A stretch of DNA of 64,000 nt, taken from Candidatus Woesearchaeota archaeon. GTDB lineage: Archaea > Nanobdellota > Nanobdellia > Woesearchaeales > SKIA01. This document shows, piece after piece, positions 44,117 through 53,282 of the stretch. The notes below the pieces were generated by a model, which did no database searches, was not told the origin of the DNA, and saw only the letters and a program-made list of their open reading frames with translations. Location: contig JBJKRI010000005.1 in assembly GCA_046704725.1 (NCBI GenBank), positions 64,001-128,000 on the forward strand, in the 5' to 3' direction. How positions within the stretch are numbered: the stretch's first letter is position 1; each line of letters starts with the position of its first letter. The translations under genes were made by a program, and so were the position numbers.

Positions 44117-44791
44117 TTAAAGATATAGGCTGTTGCTCGTCCGTCGCAGCGCGGGCAGGTCCAGCAAGGAGAAACGCGCATCCGCGCGCAAGCGAGCCAA
44201 CACAGATGGCGAAGAAGGCGGATTGAGACGCCGGACCCAGTCCCGGAAATCCCCCGCCTCGAACGTCGCGTACCCGTTCCGATCAGCGAGGCCGAGCACG
44301 CGCTTGTCCCAGCCGTACTGCTGCTTCTCCGATCGGACATCCCACCACCGGCTCCGCCGCGGATCGGTGAGGACGCTGAACTGCATACCACCCTCAAAGG
44401 CCCAATCCTCGGCGTGATGCAGCAGCATGTCCGGCCAATCGCTCTCGCCGAGCACCTTGTAGAACTTCCGACCGATCGGAGCGCCCTTCACCTGGAGCAC
44501 GTACATCGCGTCGCCATCGAGCACGAACTCCAGACCGGCGAGGAACGCTCCGGGACGAGATCCCTCCTCGAGGAGCGTGAGGCCGAAGGAATGCCACTCC
44601 TCGTACCATGGGCAAGGCGCTCCCGGCCCGTGACGGCGCAATAGAAGCCTTCTCTCCGGGACGCGAACCCCGTACGCCTGCGCGACGCCCGAGAGATCGA
44701 AACAGTCCATCGAGAAGAAGGACCGGAAATCGAGACACGGATAGTTCTTCGCGACGTCGCGCGCAGCCTCCTTGAACGGATGGAAATACAT
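44117..44791 (-). CDS. Hypothetical protein (weak DUF535/VirK-like segment)
   Basis: Follows the upstream gene closely; MYVLQVKG..LLHHAEDWA segment. Confidence 0.55.
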   Translation of the reverse strand: MYFHPFKEAARDVAKNYPCLDFRSFFSMDCFDLSGVAQAYGVRVPERRLLLRRHGPGAPCPWYEEWHSFGLTLLEEGSRPGAFLAGLEFVLDGDAMYVLQVKGAPIGRKFYKVLGESDWPDMLLHHAEDWAFEGGMQFSVLTDPRRSRWWDVRSEKQQYGWDKRVLGLADRNGYATFEAGDFRDWVRRLNPPSSPSVLARLRADARFSLLDLPALRRTSNSLYL

Positions 44792-44795
44792 CGCT

Positions 44796-47396
44796 CTACT
44801 CGTCGAAGGGCCTGCACAAACGGCAGGGGGAGTACCCGCCCTTCAAGGCCTCTTCGCGGCTCTTGTAGACGACGCGCTTCTCCTTGGAGATGCGCTGGGC
44901 GATCGGGCACTCGGCGCGGTGGATGCGCTTGCCGCCCTCGGAGGTCACGAAGACCTCTTTCTTGGGCGCGGCCTGGTTGATCACCTTGTCGCCAGCGATG
45001 ACATCACCGTGGACGGTCGGGCCCTTCACCTGCTCGGGCGTCTGCTCGACGCGCACGACAGGGGCTTGCGAGCCAGCGACGAGCTCGCGGACGGGCTTGC
45101 CGTAGCGCTCCTCGAGCTTCTTGTGCGGCAGCATCACCGCATAGATTGCGCAGAGCACGAAGAGCAGCGCGAGCAGCGCGAAGAAGATAGGACCGCAGAA
45201 CAGCGAGACGTAGTCGCCGAAGGAGTGCGGCACCAATCGCAGGACGCGCACCGTCATGACCGGGCTGTCCGTCGAGGCGCCCTTATTGTCCGTCGCGGTG
45301 AACACCACATGCTCCTCGCCGAAGAAGCCGCTCTGTGGCTTGAGGTAGGCTGTGGTGTTCTCGATGCGCACGGCCATGTGCTGCGGCTGGGACGAGGTGA
45401 ACGTGAGATTGTCGAGGTCAGGGTCGTAGAAGTACTTGGCCAGGTTGATGGTCAGGACGTTGCCCTGCGGGACCTCGTAGTAGAGGGCGGACGCGTTCGT
45501 GCCGTGCGGCGTCTCGGCGAGCTGCTGGGGCACGGTGACCTGGCTCGCGAGTATCGCCGCGACGATCAACGACAATACCATGAGCGCGAGCAGCACGGTC
45601 ACGATGGCGGGCTTGCTCGCTTCCTTGAAGGATATCTTTGGGAGCACCCCCGTGTAGGTGAGCAGCAAGACGATGAGCGCGAGCACGACGAGGACCACAC
45701 CGATGGCGACCAGCAGCAAGCACCAGTCGAGGCTGCCGGCGGCGCCGAAGGCGATGCTCTCGTACGCGCTGGTCAGCCAGCTCTTCTGCGAGACCTGGAA
45801 GCTCATGTCGTAGCGGTACTGGGAGCGCGGCGAGGTCAGGACGAGCGAACCGACGGTCGTGCCCTGGTTCTGCGAGAGGTTCGTCGGAATGAGGTGGAGC
45901 ACGGCCTGCTCGCCCGGAGCGAGGAAGACGCTCGTCGTGTTCAGCCTGAACAGCGGGCTGTTCCACTGCACCGCGTAGGTCGCGGCATCGATGCCCGTGT
46001 TCGTGATGAGGATGGGGACGACCTTGGCGTCCGTGTAGACCTTGTACTTGGTGTTCTCGGGAGCGACCATGGTGCAGTCCGCGTTGCTCACGGCGTGCAC
46101 AGGGATGTGCGTGGTCGTGGAGATGCCAGAGGACTGCGTGGCCGTCGCGGTCACGTCATAGGTCTGCGTGCGATCAGGGATCACCATTTGGAGGGTGACG
46201 TCCTTATGCTCGCCCGGACGCAGCCAGAACCGGCTCTGCACCGGGTGCGAGTAGATGTCGCCGCTGCTGGTGACAGTGAAGTTCTGCGCGTACATGCCGC
46301 GGTTCTGCACCTGCACGGTCACGTTCGTGGGGCCGGCGCACGCGGTCTGCTGCGCGGGCAGGGACTGGACGACCTGTTCGTAGCAGTCCTGCACCTGCAG
46401 GGGAGCGTCGAGCGTGTGTGTGGTACCGCCGAGCAAGGCCTTGGCAGTGATGCGAAGGTCCTGCGTGCCGAGGTCCGACTTGTGCGGCCGGAGCGTGACG
46501 GGGATGTCCACGGACTGTCCGGGAGCGAGCGAGACGTTCGTGACGCCGAGCGTCGCCCAGTACGGACCGTCTACATTGAGCGTGTAGGTGTTCGCCGTCT
46601 GCGCGGTGTTCGCGAGGTGCACGGTCATGGGCGTCGTGACCTCGGCGCAGACCGCCTGCTGGTTCGTCGTGAGCGCGAACTCGTAGTCCCACTGGATGTG
46701 CACGTCAGAGACGTGCGACTGCGAGACGCCCGTCTTGTCGGCGTGCGCGACGAATACCACTTGCTTGTTCCCGTACTCGCTGCAGCTGAAGCGCGCGACG
46801 GCATCGACGGTCTCGTTCTCGCCCGGAGCGAGCGCGAAGGACCGCCGGCTGAAGAGGACCTGCGCGGACGTGTCGGCCGAGAGGTTGTAGGTCTCGGTGT
46901 ACGTCGCGGTGTTCTGCACGGTCACCTCGTAACGGATCGGGCGGCAGGGAAGGACGTTGTCGTCGAGCTGCTGCACGGAGAGCCCGATGGGCTGGCAGGC
47001 CTCGACGGTGATGTCCCTGTTCGCCGCTCGATAGCGGCCGAACTGGCTGGTCGCGTAGATATTGTAATGGCTGGTGCCTGTGGTGCCGCACGGCGGCTGG
47101 AGCGTAACGGCGACCTGGGTCGCCTCTCCGGGCTGGAGGTCCACATGATTGCGGCTCACCCAGATCCAGGGCTGGCTCGCGTCGAGCGAGACCTGGTAGG
47201 AGGCGGGGAAATCCCCGAGATTATTGATGGTGAAGTAGTCCGTCGTCTGCCCGCAGGCGCAGACCTTGGTCTGCTGCGGCGCGGCGTTGAACTGCGCCTC
47301 GTGGCTGTAGGTCGTGACGCTGATGGCAGCGCTCGCTATCGGCGCGAGCAGCGCGAGGGCGAGCACGAGACTAATAATGCGTGATGAGTTCTTCAT
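44796..47396 (-). CDS. Multi-pass surface protein: Ig-like repeats, 3 TM, cadherin-like domain, C-terminal Ada-type Zn-binding domain
   Basis: Signal peptide MKNSSRII; repeated N.G..Y.L..LAPGE units; YFYDPDLDNLTF; IHRAEC..EEALKGGYSPCRLC. Confidence 0.9.
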   Translation of the reverse strand: MKNSSRIISLVLALALLAPIASAAISVTTYSHEAQFNAAPQQTKVCACGQTTDYFTINNLGDFPASYQVSLDASQPWIWVSRNHVDLQPGEATQVAVTLQPPCGTTGTSHYNIYATSQFGRYRAANRDITVEACQPIGLSVQQLDDNVLPCRPIRYEVTVQNTATYTETYNLSADTSAQVLFSRRSFALAPGENETVDAVARFSCSEYGNKQVVFVAHADKTGVSQSHVSDVHIQWDYEFALTTNQQAVCAEVTTPMTVHLANTAQTANTYTLNVDGPYWATLGVTNVSLAPGQSVDIPVTLRPHKSDLGTQDLRITAKALLGGTTHTLDAPLQVQDCYEQVVQSLPAQQTACAGPTNVTVQVQNRGMYAQNFTVTSSGDIYSHPVQSRFWLRPGEHKDVTLQMVIPDRTQTYDVTATATQSSGISTTTHIPVHAVSNADCTMVAPENTKYKVYTDAKVVPILITNTGIDAATYAVQWNSPLFRLNTTSVFLAPGEQAVLHLIPTNLSQNQGTTVGSLVLTSPRSQYRYDMSFQVSQKSWLTSAYESIAFGAAGSLDWCLLLVAIGVVLVVLALIVLLLTYTGVLPKISFKEASKPAIVTVLLALMVLSLIVAAILASQVTVPQQLAETPHGTNASALYYEVPQGNVLTINLAKYFYDPDLDNLTFTSSQPQHMAVRIENTTAYLKPQSGFFGEEHVVFTATDNKGASTDSPVMTVRVLRLVPHSFGDYVSLFCGPIFFALLALLFVLCAIYAVMLPHKKLEERYGKPVRELVAGSQAPVVRVEQTPEQVKGPTVHGDVIAGDKVINQAAPKKEVFVTSEGGKRIHRAECPIAQRISKEKRVVYKSREEALKGGYSPCRLCRPFDE

Positions 47397-48201
47397 CTTC
47401 TTTCTCCTTTCTCCGGTTCCAGGCAATCGCCAGGATGATGAGCGCGATGAGCACGACCACGATGATGACAGAGACCAGCCACTGCGAGAATCCCTTGGCG
47501 GGCTCCGCGCTGAGCACGGCGAAAGCGCTGTCCAACCGCTCGTGGGTGTTGTCGTAATCGACGGTGAAGGTGACCTGATGCATGCCGAGCGGCGCGTCCT
47601 TGTCGATGCTGACGGACAGGTATGCCGTCCGCTCGCTGTTCGCGGGGATCGTGAGGTATTGTGTGGGCTCGACGGCGAAGGTGCTCCACGTGCGGGCGCC
47701 CTGCATGCCGAGCAGCACCTGCTTGGGCGTGCTATAGGTGTTGGTGATGGTGACGGGGAAGTAGACCGTGCTGCCCTGCGGGATGTTCCGCAAGGGGTCG
47801 AAGGTCACGTGGATGGTGTCCGTGGAATAGTTCTGCTGCGGCAGCGTCGGGAGCGGAGTGACCTCGACGCGATAGGCCTGCTGGATGCCCGGACCGTACT
47901 CGGGAACGACGCGCAGCTCCATGCGCTGCGGGCCCGTGTAATCGGACGGGATGGGATACGTCTTGTCGAAGCGATAGACCAGGCCGGCCTGCGCGACCTG
48001 ATGGTCGTTGATCGCGCCGGGCAAGGTGATGTCCGTGGCCACCTGCCCGAGGGATGTGTCTCCCATGAGGGTGTACGCGACCTCGAGGTTCGATCCCGGA
48101 GCGACGGGCTGCGGCGTGACAGAAAGCTGGGTGATGCGCGGGACGGCCAGTACGCTCGAGGCGCACAGGACGAGCACCGCTATCAGCATCACGCTTCTCA
48201 T
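47371..48201 (-). CDS. Membrane-anchored Ig-like (COG1470/S-layer-associated-like) protein
   Basis: Signal peptide, two beta-sandwich domains, C-terminal TM and charged tail. Confidence 0.85.
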   Translation of the reverse strand: MRSVMLIAVLVLCASSVLAVPRITQLSVTPQPVAPGSNLEVAYTLMGDTSLGQVATDITLPGAINDHQVAQAGLVYRFDKTYPIPSDYTGPQRMELRVVPEYGPGIQQAYRVEVTPLPTLPQQNYSTDTIHVTFDPLRNIPQGSTVYFPVTITNTYSTPKQVLLGMQGARTWSTFAVEPTQYLTIPANSERTAYLSVSIDKDAPLGMHQVTFTVDYDNTHERLDSAFAVLSAEPAKGFSQWLVSVIIVVVLIALIILAIAWNRRKEKEDEELITHY

Positions 48202-48254
48202 TGTCGCCGAGAACGTGATTTTCTATATAAACATTGGCCTTTCGTCCCCATCCA

Positions 48255-51200
48255 TTAGTGATGACGGCGAGGGCGTTTCTTATGGACGCGTGGCTGCTTG
48301 TGCACACGCAACGCGGCGACGATCGCGATCGCGACGATCAGGGCGACGAGCACGATCCACAACACATCCCACGCAGTGAAACCGCCCCTGCTGGTGTGCG
48401 GCACGTTCGAGAGGGGCACAACATGGGCGACGAGATAGACATCCTTCTGCGAACCGTCGGTGGTGAGGGTGACGCGGAACGGGTACTGTCCCTCGGGCGT
48501 CGCCTTGGGAGCGAAGACGCGCAGGTCGGTGTGCAAGGTCTGGCCCGCCGGGACCACGACGACGTTGCCCGACTCGAAGACGTAATCGCCCCACGGCAAT
48601 ATGCCGTCGGCCGCGAGCATGTAGGTGCGCGATGTGGAACCGTCATTGCTGATGGTGAGCGGGAACACGCCGCCCTGGGAACTGCCGGCGAGCACATCCT
48701 GCATCTGGTAGAACGAGGCGTTGGTGCCGCCCGCTCCGGGAGCGCACGTCTTCGACGGGTCGACACGCAGGTTGGTGCCCTTCTGGGACTGGACGCCGGC
48801 GCCCTGCACGCCGCACAAGACGAGGTACGTCCCCGGTTGGCTGCACACGGGCAGGCGCAGGTTCAACGTGCGCGAGGTCATCTGTCCGGGCTGGAGGCTG
48901 AGGATGGTGTGGCCTTGCTCGACGCCGAGGCTCGGGATCGCCGCTGAGAGGCGGGCGTTCTGCAAGGCGTGGTCGAGGTTGTTTGTGACGATGACATCGA
49001 CGGGAGCGTACAGGCCGCCCGACAAGCCCTGCGTCTGCTGGAGCTGGCACTGGACCATGACATCGCACGCGTCGCCGCGCCCGTCATGGTTGCTGTCGAT
49101 CTGGGAGGGGTTGTACGCCAACGGGCAGTTGTCCTTGGAGTCGATGACGCCGTCGCAATCCGTATCGTCCTGGAAGACGCCGTTCACCTTGATGGCGCAG
49201 GTCTTGGACGGCGGGATGCCCGGACCGAGGACGGGCGGTGGGTAGAAGCCGTTGTCGTTGGTCAGGTCATGGTTGACGACGGTGAAGGTCGCGCTGTCCG
49301 TCGCCTGGGTGCAGCCGCGCACGCCGAAGGTGATGGCTTCGGAGATCTGGCCGACCGGTGACGAGGACGAGAAGATGTTCTTGTCGAAGCCAACGTGCAC
49401 GGTCGAGTCGTTCGCGATGGTGACAGAGAGGAACTTGCTGCCCGTCGCGGTGTAGCGCAGGCCCGTCGTGTCCACGCCCTGCACGTAATCGCCGAGCTTG
49501 AAGTCGTCGAAGTGTTCGTCCGACTGGATGATCTGGTCGGGGATGCCCGCGATGATGGGCGCGACAGAACTCGTGGGCAATGTGTTGTAGGTGACCGTCT
49601 GCGTCGAGGTGCGTCCCTTGTCATCGGTGAGGGTGATGGTGAGCGTCTCGGTGAACGGACCGCTCTGGAGAGGGTCGGTCACGTTGAGGACGTGCGTGTT
49701 CGGGTCCAGGTGGACCTGCAGACGCTGGTTGCCTGAGACGGAGAGATGATAGTTGTTCTTGATGGCGTCATCCACGATGTAGTTGTCCAGGTCGATGCTC
49801 GGGAACGAGCTGCCGCAGGTGAGCACCTGGTTGGGGATGGGCAGGATGTAGGGCGCCTTGTCCACCGAGGGGACCGTCGTCTGTCCCGTGCCTGTGAGGA
49901 TGATGCGCGCGCTCGCCGTGCGCCCGTTGGCGAGGTGGGCGGTGTTCCATATCGTGGACTGCACGCCAGGGTCGAGGTCGCTGCTGCTCACCTTCGCTTG
50001 GTAGCTGATCGTGGCTGTGGACTGCGCGGGGATATTGTAGAGCGTGAGCCCGTTGCCGTCGGCGACGCTGCCCGATGTGGCGACGTAGAAGGTGCCGGAG
50101 GGGCCTGTTCCCGTCACGTACTGGTTGCCCAGGAAGGTGACCGAACCGCCGTTGGTGCCCTGGATGACGCCGCCGTCCTCGCCGAGGGTGTCCGTCACGG
50201 TAGTGTTGCCTGCGGAATCACCGTTGTTGCGCACGGTGATCGTGTAGCCGACGACATTGCCGTTCGATGGCTGGTTATTGGTGACGGCCTTGGTGACCGA
50301 GAAGTCGGGACCTTGCCCAGGACCGGGGATGACCTGCCCGCTGGGCGAGACGGTGAGGGTGGCCGACGAGCTCTTCGTCACGCCGTCGGCGACAGCGGTG
50401 GCCGTGTTCGTGATGGTGTCTTGCGTCGGTGCTGAGCTGACGTCCGCCTGGTAGGTGATGGTTGCCGTGCCGTTCAGGTTCGTGATATGCAGTCCGTTGC
50501 CGATGCTGCCATAGGCGTAACCGTCATGGGAGAAGACGACGGAGGTGCCGCCGTAGACATAGGTGGCGGTGGCGCCCGCGCTGCCCGTCAACGTCTTGGA
50601 TTGCGTGAAGCTGTCGGTGAGGTCCACGGTGGATGCTGTCCCCGAGACGGTGATGGTGTAGGTGACGCGACCGTCCTTGACCGTGGTCGGAGCGACGGTC
50701 TTGGAGATCGTGACGCCCGTAGAGGGGGTCGTGCCGCCTGTCGTGAGGTATACGCTCGCGCTCGCGGATTTCGTGGTGCCGTCGGCGAGCGTGGCCTTGG
50801 CGATGTTCGCGAGGTACTGCGCTGTGGATCCGGCGGTGGCGACCGCCGAATAGGTGATCGTGGCGGTGCCGTCGAGGTTGCTGAAGACATAGCCGCCGCC
50901 GGCCTGGCGATAGTAGCTGCCGGACGGGTCGTTCACGATCGGCGTTCCGGTCAGCGTGAGGGCGGCGCCGTTGGTCCCTGAGATGCCGCCACTGAGCAAG
51001 CCGTCGGCGAGCGTGACCGAGCTCTCCTGACCGCTGAGCGTGATGGTGTAGGTCGCGGACTGGCCATCTGTGAGCGTGCCGGTGCTCGCGGCCTTGCTGA
51101 TGGAGAATGTGGACGCGCTTGCCGCGCAGGCGGACGGGTCCTGGCTGGGGTTGAATGTGCAGGGGCAATTGTCGATGTTGTCGGGGACCTTGTCGCGGTC

Positions 51201-51422
51201 GCTATCGGCGAGATAGCAACTGAGCGTGCTGGAGCCCGGGCTCGATCCGCTCGGCGTGTAGCACGTCCCGTCCGTCGGGGTGCACGCCGGAGTGATGCCG
51301 GGGCACGCGATGGGTGTCTGCCCCGCGCAGGCGGTCCAAGCGTGGGCCGCGGTCGTGTGCACCAAGAAGAGTGCCACGACGATAGCGAGGACGAGAAGAA
51401 TGCGCGTTCCGGCCGCTCTCAT
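48255..51422 (-). CDS. Large surface protein with thrombospondin type-3 Ca-binding repeats, DUF11-like and Ig-like domains, C-terminal TM
   Basis: DSDRDKVPDNIDNCP, DTDCDGVIDSKDNCP..DGRGDACD; ISK..TYTITV repeats; TM followed by a basic tail. Confidence 0.9.
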   Translation of the reverse strand: MRAAGTRILLVLAIVVALFLVHTTAAHAWTACAGQTPIACPGITPACTPTDGTCYTPSGSSPGSSTLSCYLADSDRDKVPDNIDNCPCTFNPSQDPSACAASASTFSISKAASTGTLTDGQSATYTITLSGQESSVTLADGLLSGGISGTNGAALTLTGTPIVNDPSGSYYRQAGGGYVFSNLDGTATITYSAVATAGSTAQYLANIAKATLADGTTKSASASVYLTTGGTTPSTGVTISKTVAPTTVKDGRVTYTITVSGTASTVDLTDSFTQSKTLTGSAGATATYVYGGTSVVFSHDGYAYGSIGNGLHITNLNGTATITYQADVSSAPTQDTITNTATAVADGVTKSSSATLTVSPSGQVIPGPGQGPDFSVTKAVTNNQPSNGNVVGYTITVRNNGDSAGNTTVTDTLGEDGGVIQGTNGGSVTFLGNQYVTGTGPSGTFYVATSGSVADGNGLTLYNIPAQSTATISYQAKVSSSDLDPGVQSTIWNTAHLANGRTASARIILTGTGQTTVPSVDKAPYILPIPNQVLTCGSSFPSIDLDNYIVDDAIKNNYHLSVSGNQRLQVHLDPNTHVLNVTDPLQSGPFTETLTITLTDDKGRTSTQTVTYNTLPTSSVAPIIAGIPDQIIQSDEHFDDFKLGDYVQGVDTTGLRYTATGSKFLSVTIANDSTVHVGFDKNIFSSSSPVGQISEAITFGVRGCTQATDSATFTVVNHDLTNDNGFYPPPVLGPGIPPSKTCAIKVNGVFQDDTDCDGVIDSKDNCPLAYNPSQIDSNHDGRGDACDVMVQCQLQQTQGLSGGLYAPVDVIVTNNLDHALQNARLSAAIPSLGVEQGHTILSLQPGQMTSRTLNLRLPVCSQPGTYLVLCGVQGAGVQSQKGTNLRVDPSKTCAPGAGGTNASFYQMQDVLAGSSQGGVFPLTISNDGSTSRTYMLAADGILPWGDYVFESGNVVVVPAGQTLHTDLRVFAPKATPEGQYPFRVTLTTDGSQKDVYLVAHVVPLSNVPHTSRGGFTAWDVLWIVLVALIVAIAIVAALRVHKQPRVHKKRPRRHH

Positions 51423-51449
51423 GGCTTTTCTCCCCTGAAAGGGCGTTTA

Positions 51450-53171
51450 TTAATGTTTGTGCCTGATCGGGATCTCGACGGTGATACCGGCGCGGAACTG
51501 CCTGTTCTGGCCGAGGGTGTGGAGCGCGGCGCCGCTGTAGGAGGGGATGTCCTGCTCGAACCTGTTCTGGACGAATTCCCCTGTGACGCCCACATTTACC
51601 GGTCCGAGCGTGCGCGTCAGGGATGCACGCGTGTCGAGCTCCTTGTATCGCATGTCTGCGTTCTCCGACTGCACGTCGGTGTATTGCGCGTCGGCGCCGA
51701 TCCGCCATTCATGGACGGGGATGCGCACGCCCATCGCGGTGCTTGAGCCCTTCATGTCCGTTCTGGAATAGTTATGGGGTGTCGTCCCGAGCTCGCGTCG
51801 GGCGAACTGCGACCAGTTGGTGACTCCCGACATCGCGTAGAATCGCCCCCCCGCGTTGTTGGACCACAAGAGCATGGGGCCGACGCCCACAGCATAGATC
51901 GATTGGTCCTCCCCGTTGGGGATCCTCGATGCGGTCCGCTGGCGCAGGAACAGACCATCGCCGCCGACGAGGAAACGGACGTTGCCCGCCCTGGCCACCG
52001 CGAGCCCCGCCACGCCGTGCGCGTCGTAGAGGTTATCCGCTGTTCCCTGGTTTCCGCTGCGTCGGTACAGGCCTTGTCCGTTAGCGAACAGCGGTCCCAC
52101 GTCCGCGTCGAGAGAGACGCCGGCACCCCATTCGGGGTCGTTGCCGACCGTCCTTGTGGGCTGCAATGAGCGATAATCGGTTGTCAGCGAGCTGTTGACG
52201 CCTCCGTAGCCGATCACACCCACATCGAGATGGACGGCAGAGGGTCCATGCGTCTTTTTGTGAGCGTGTCGTGGGGCTTCGTGCGCTTTCTGCTCGCGGG
52301 CTTTCTGTTGACCTTGCGTCTTGTGGTGCTCATGCGCTTGCGGCTGCTCGTGGGTCTTGCGCTCGTGTTGGGCCTTCTTGCGCTTTCGCGCTGGCTCGCC
52401 TCCGAGCGAGGCGATGGTTGGAGCGGTGATATCGACTTTCTCTTCGATATGCACGATGTACGGCGCCGGTCGCGGAACGCCCGGCTGCGGCTTTCCGGCT
52501 TGCGCCACGGCCTTCTTTTCTCCAGGGTGTTGCGCTTTCGCCAGATATTGCGTGACGATCCGTGGCGGATTCGCGTACTCGATCGCCGCGAATGCGGAGC
52601 TGCAGATGTCCCGCTTGGGCTGGCAATCGTCGGAGTCGTTCCACATGTAGGCCTTGAAGGTGCGGTTCTGGTTGTCGCCGAGCGCTTTGTTCGTGTGCAC
52701 GACCCATCCGTCCCGCTCCTTGCCGTCGACGACGACAGTGGTATCCTGCTGGACGATGTCCTTGTAGTCTGCCTTGAACCCGGGGACGAAGCGGATGTGG
52801 TCATCCTTCTTGCCGTGGACGAAGACGGTCGGCCGCGTCCCGTCGAGGACGACGAGCTGCGAGTCCTTCGCGACGGCGGCCTTGCCGAAGGTGTCCATGA
52901 TACGATTGCCGTCCGGCGTGGTCGCGAGGTGCTTCTGGTTCCAGGGGGATCCCTCGATGCTGAGATACCCGAGGACCTTGCCGTCCTGCATGACCAGCAT
53001 CGGGCTGGTCTTCGGATTGCTGTTATTGGGCTGGACGAGGGTGTAATTATCGAGCTCGGGCTGCTGTTGGGGCTTCTGGGCGTGTAGCGGAAGGGCTGTC
53101 GCGAGCATCGCTGCCCCGGCGAAGACGCCGAGACGCGCCGTCCGGGCCACGCGTTCCAGAAGACTGTCCAT
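51450..53171 (-). CDS. Secreted protein with predicted C-terminal outer-membrane-type beta-barrel
   Basis: Signal-like N-terminus, K/Q/H/P-rich linker, about 12 amphipathic alternating strands in the last ~260 aa. Confidence 0.75.
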   Translation of the reverse strand: MDSLLERVARTARLGVFAGAAMLATALPLHAQKPQQQPELDNYTLVQPNNSNPKTSPMLVMQDGKVLGYLSIEGSPWNQKHLATTPDGNRIMDTFGKAAVAKDSQLVVLDGTRPTVFVHGKKDDHIRFVPGFKADYKDIVQQDTTVVVDGKERDGWVVHTNKALGDNQNRTFKAYMWNDSDDCQPKRDICSSAFAAIEYANPPRIVTQYLAKAQHPGEKKAVAQAGKPQPGVPRPAPYIVHIEEKVDITAPTIASLGGEPARKRKKAQHERKTHEQPQAHEHHKTQGQQKAREQKAHEAPRHAHKKTHGPSAVHLDVGVIGYGGVNSSLTTDYRSLQPTRTVGNDPEWGAGVSLDADVGPLFANGQGLYRRSGNQGTADNLYDAHGVAGLAVARAGNVRFLVGGDGLFLRQRTASRIPNGEDQSIYAVGVGPMLLWSNNAGGRFYAMSGVTNWSQFARRELGTTPHNYSRTDMKGSSTAMGVRIPVHEWRIGADAQYTDVQSENADMRYKELDTRASLTRTLGPVNVGVTGEFVQNRFEQDIPSYSGAALHTLGQNRQFRAGITVEIPIRHKH

Positions 53172-53282
53172 TGTCTCGGTGAACGCTGTCTTGGAATATA
53201 AATCTTACGTATTGTAACTACTAATAAGTTGTATCTTTATTCCCCAGAAACCTTATAAGCGCCCAGCCTGACCCCCAAGCGG

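Noticed and set aside
44772-47384. 870-aa plus-strand ORF, and similar long antisense ORFs such as 7042-8067, 14524-16380 and 33172-34395
   Set aside because: Shadow frames of GC3-rich genes on the opposite strand, with no motifs and antisense-typical composition.
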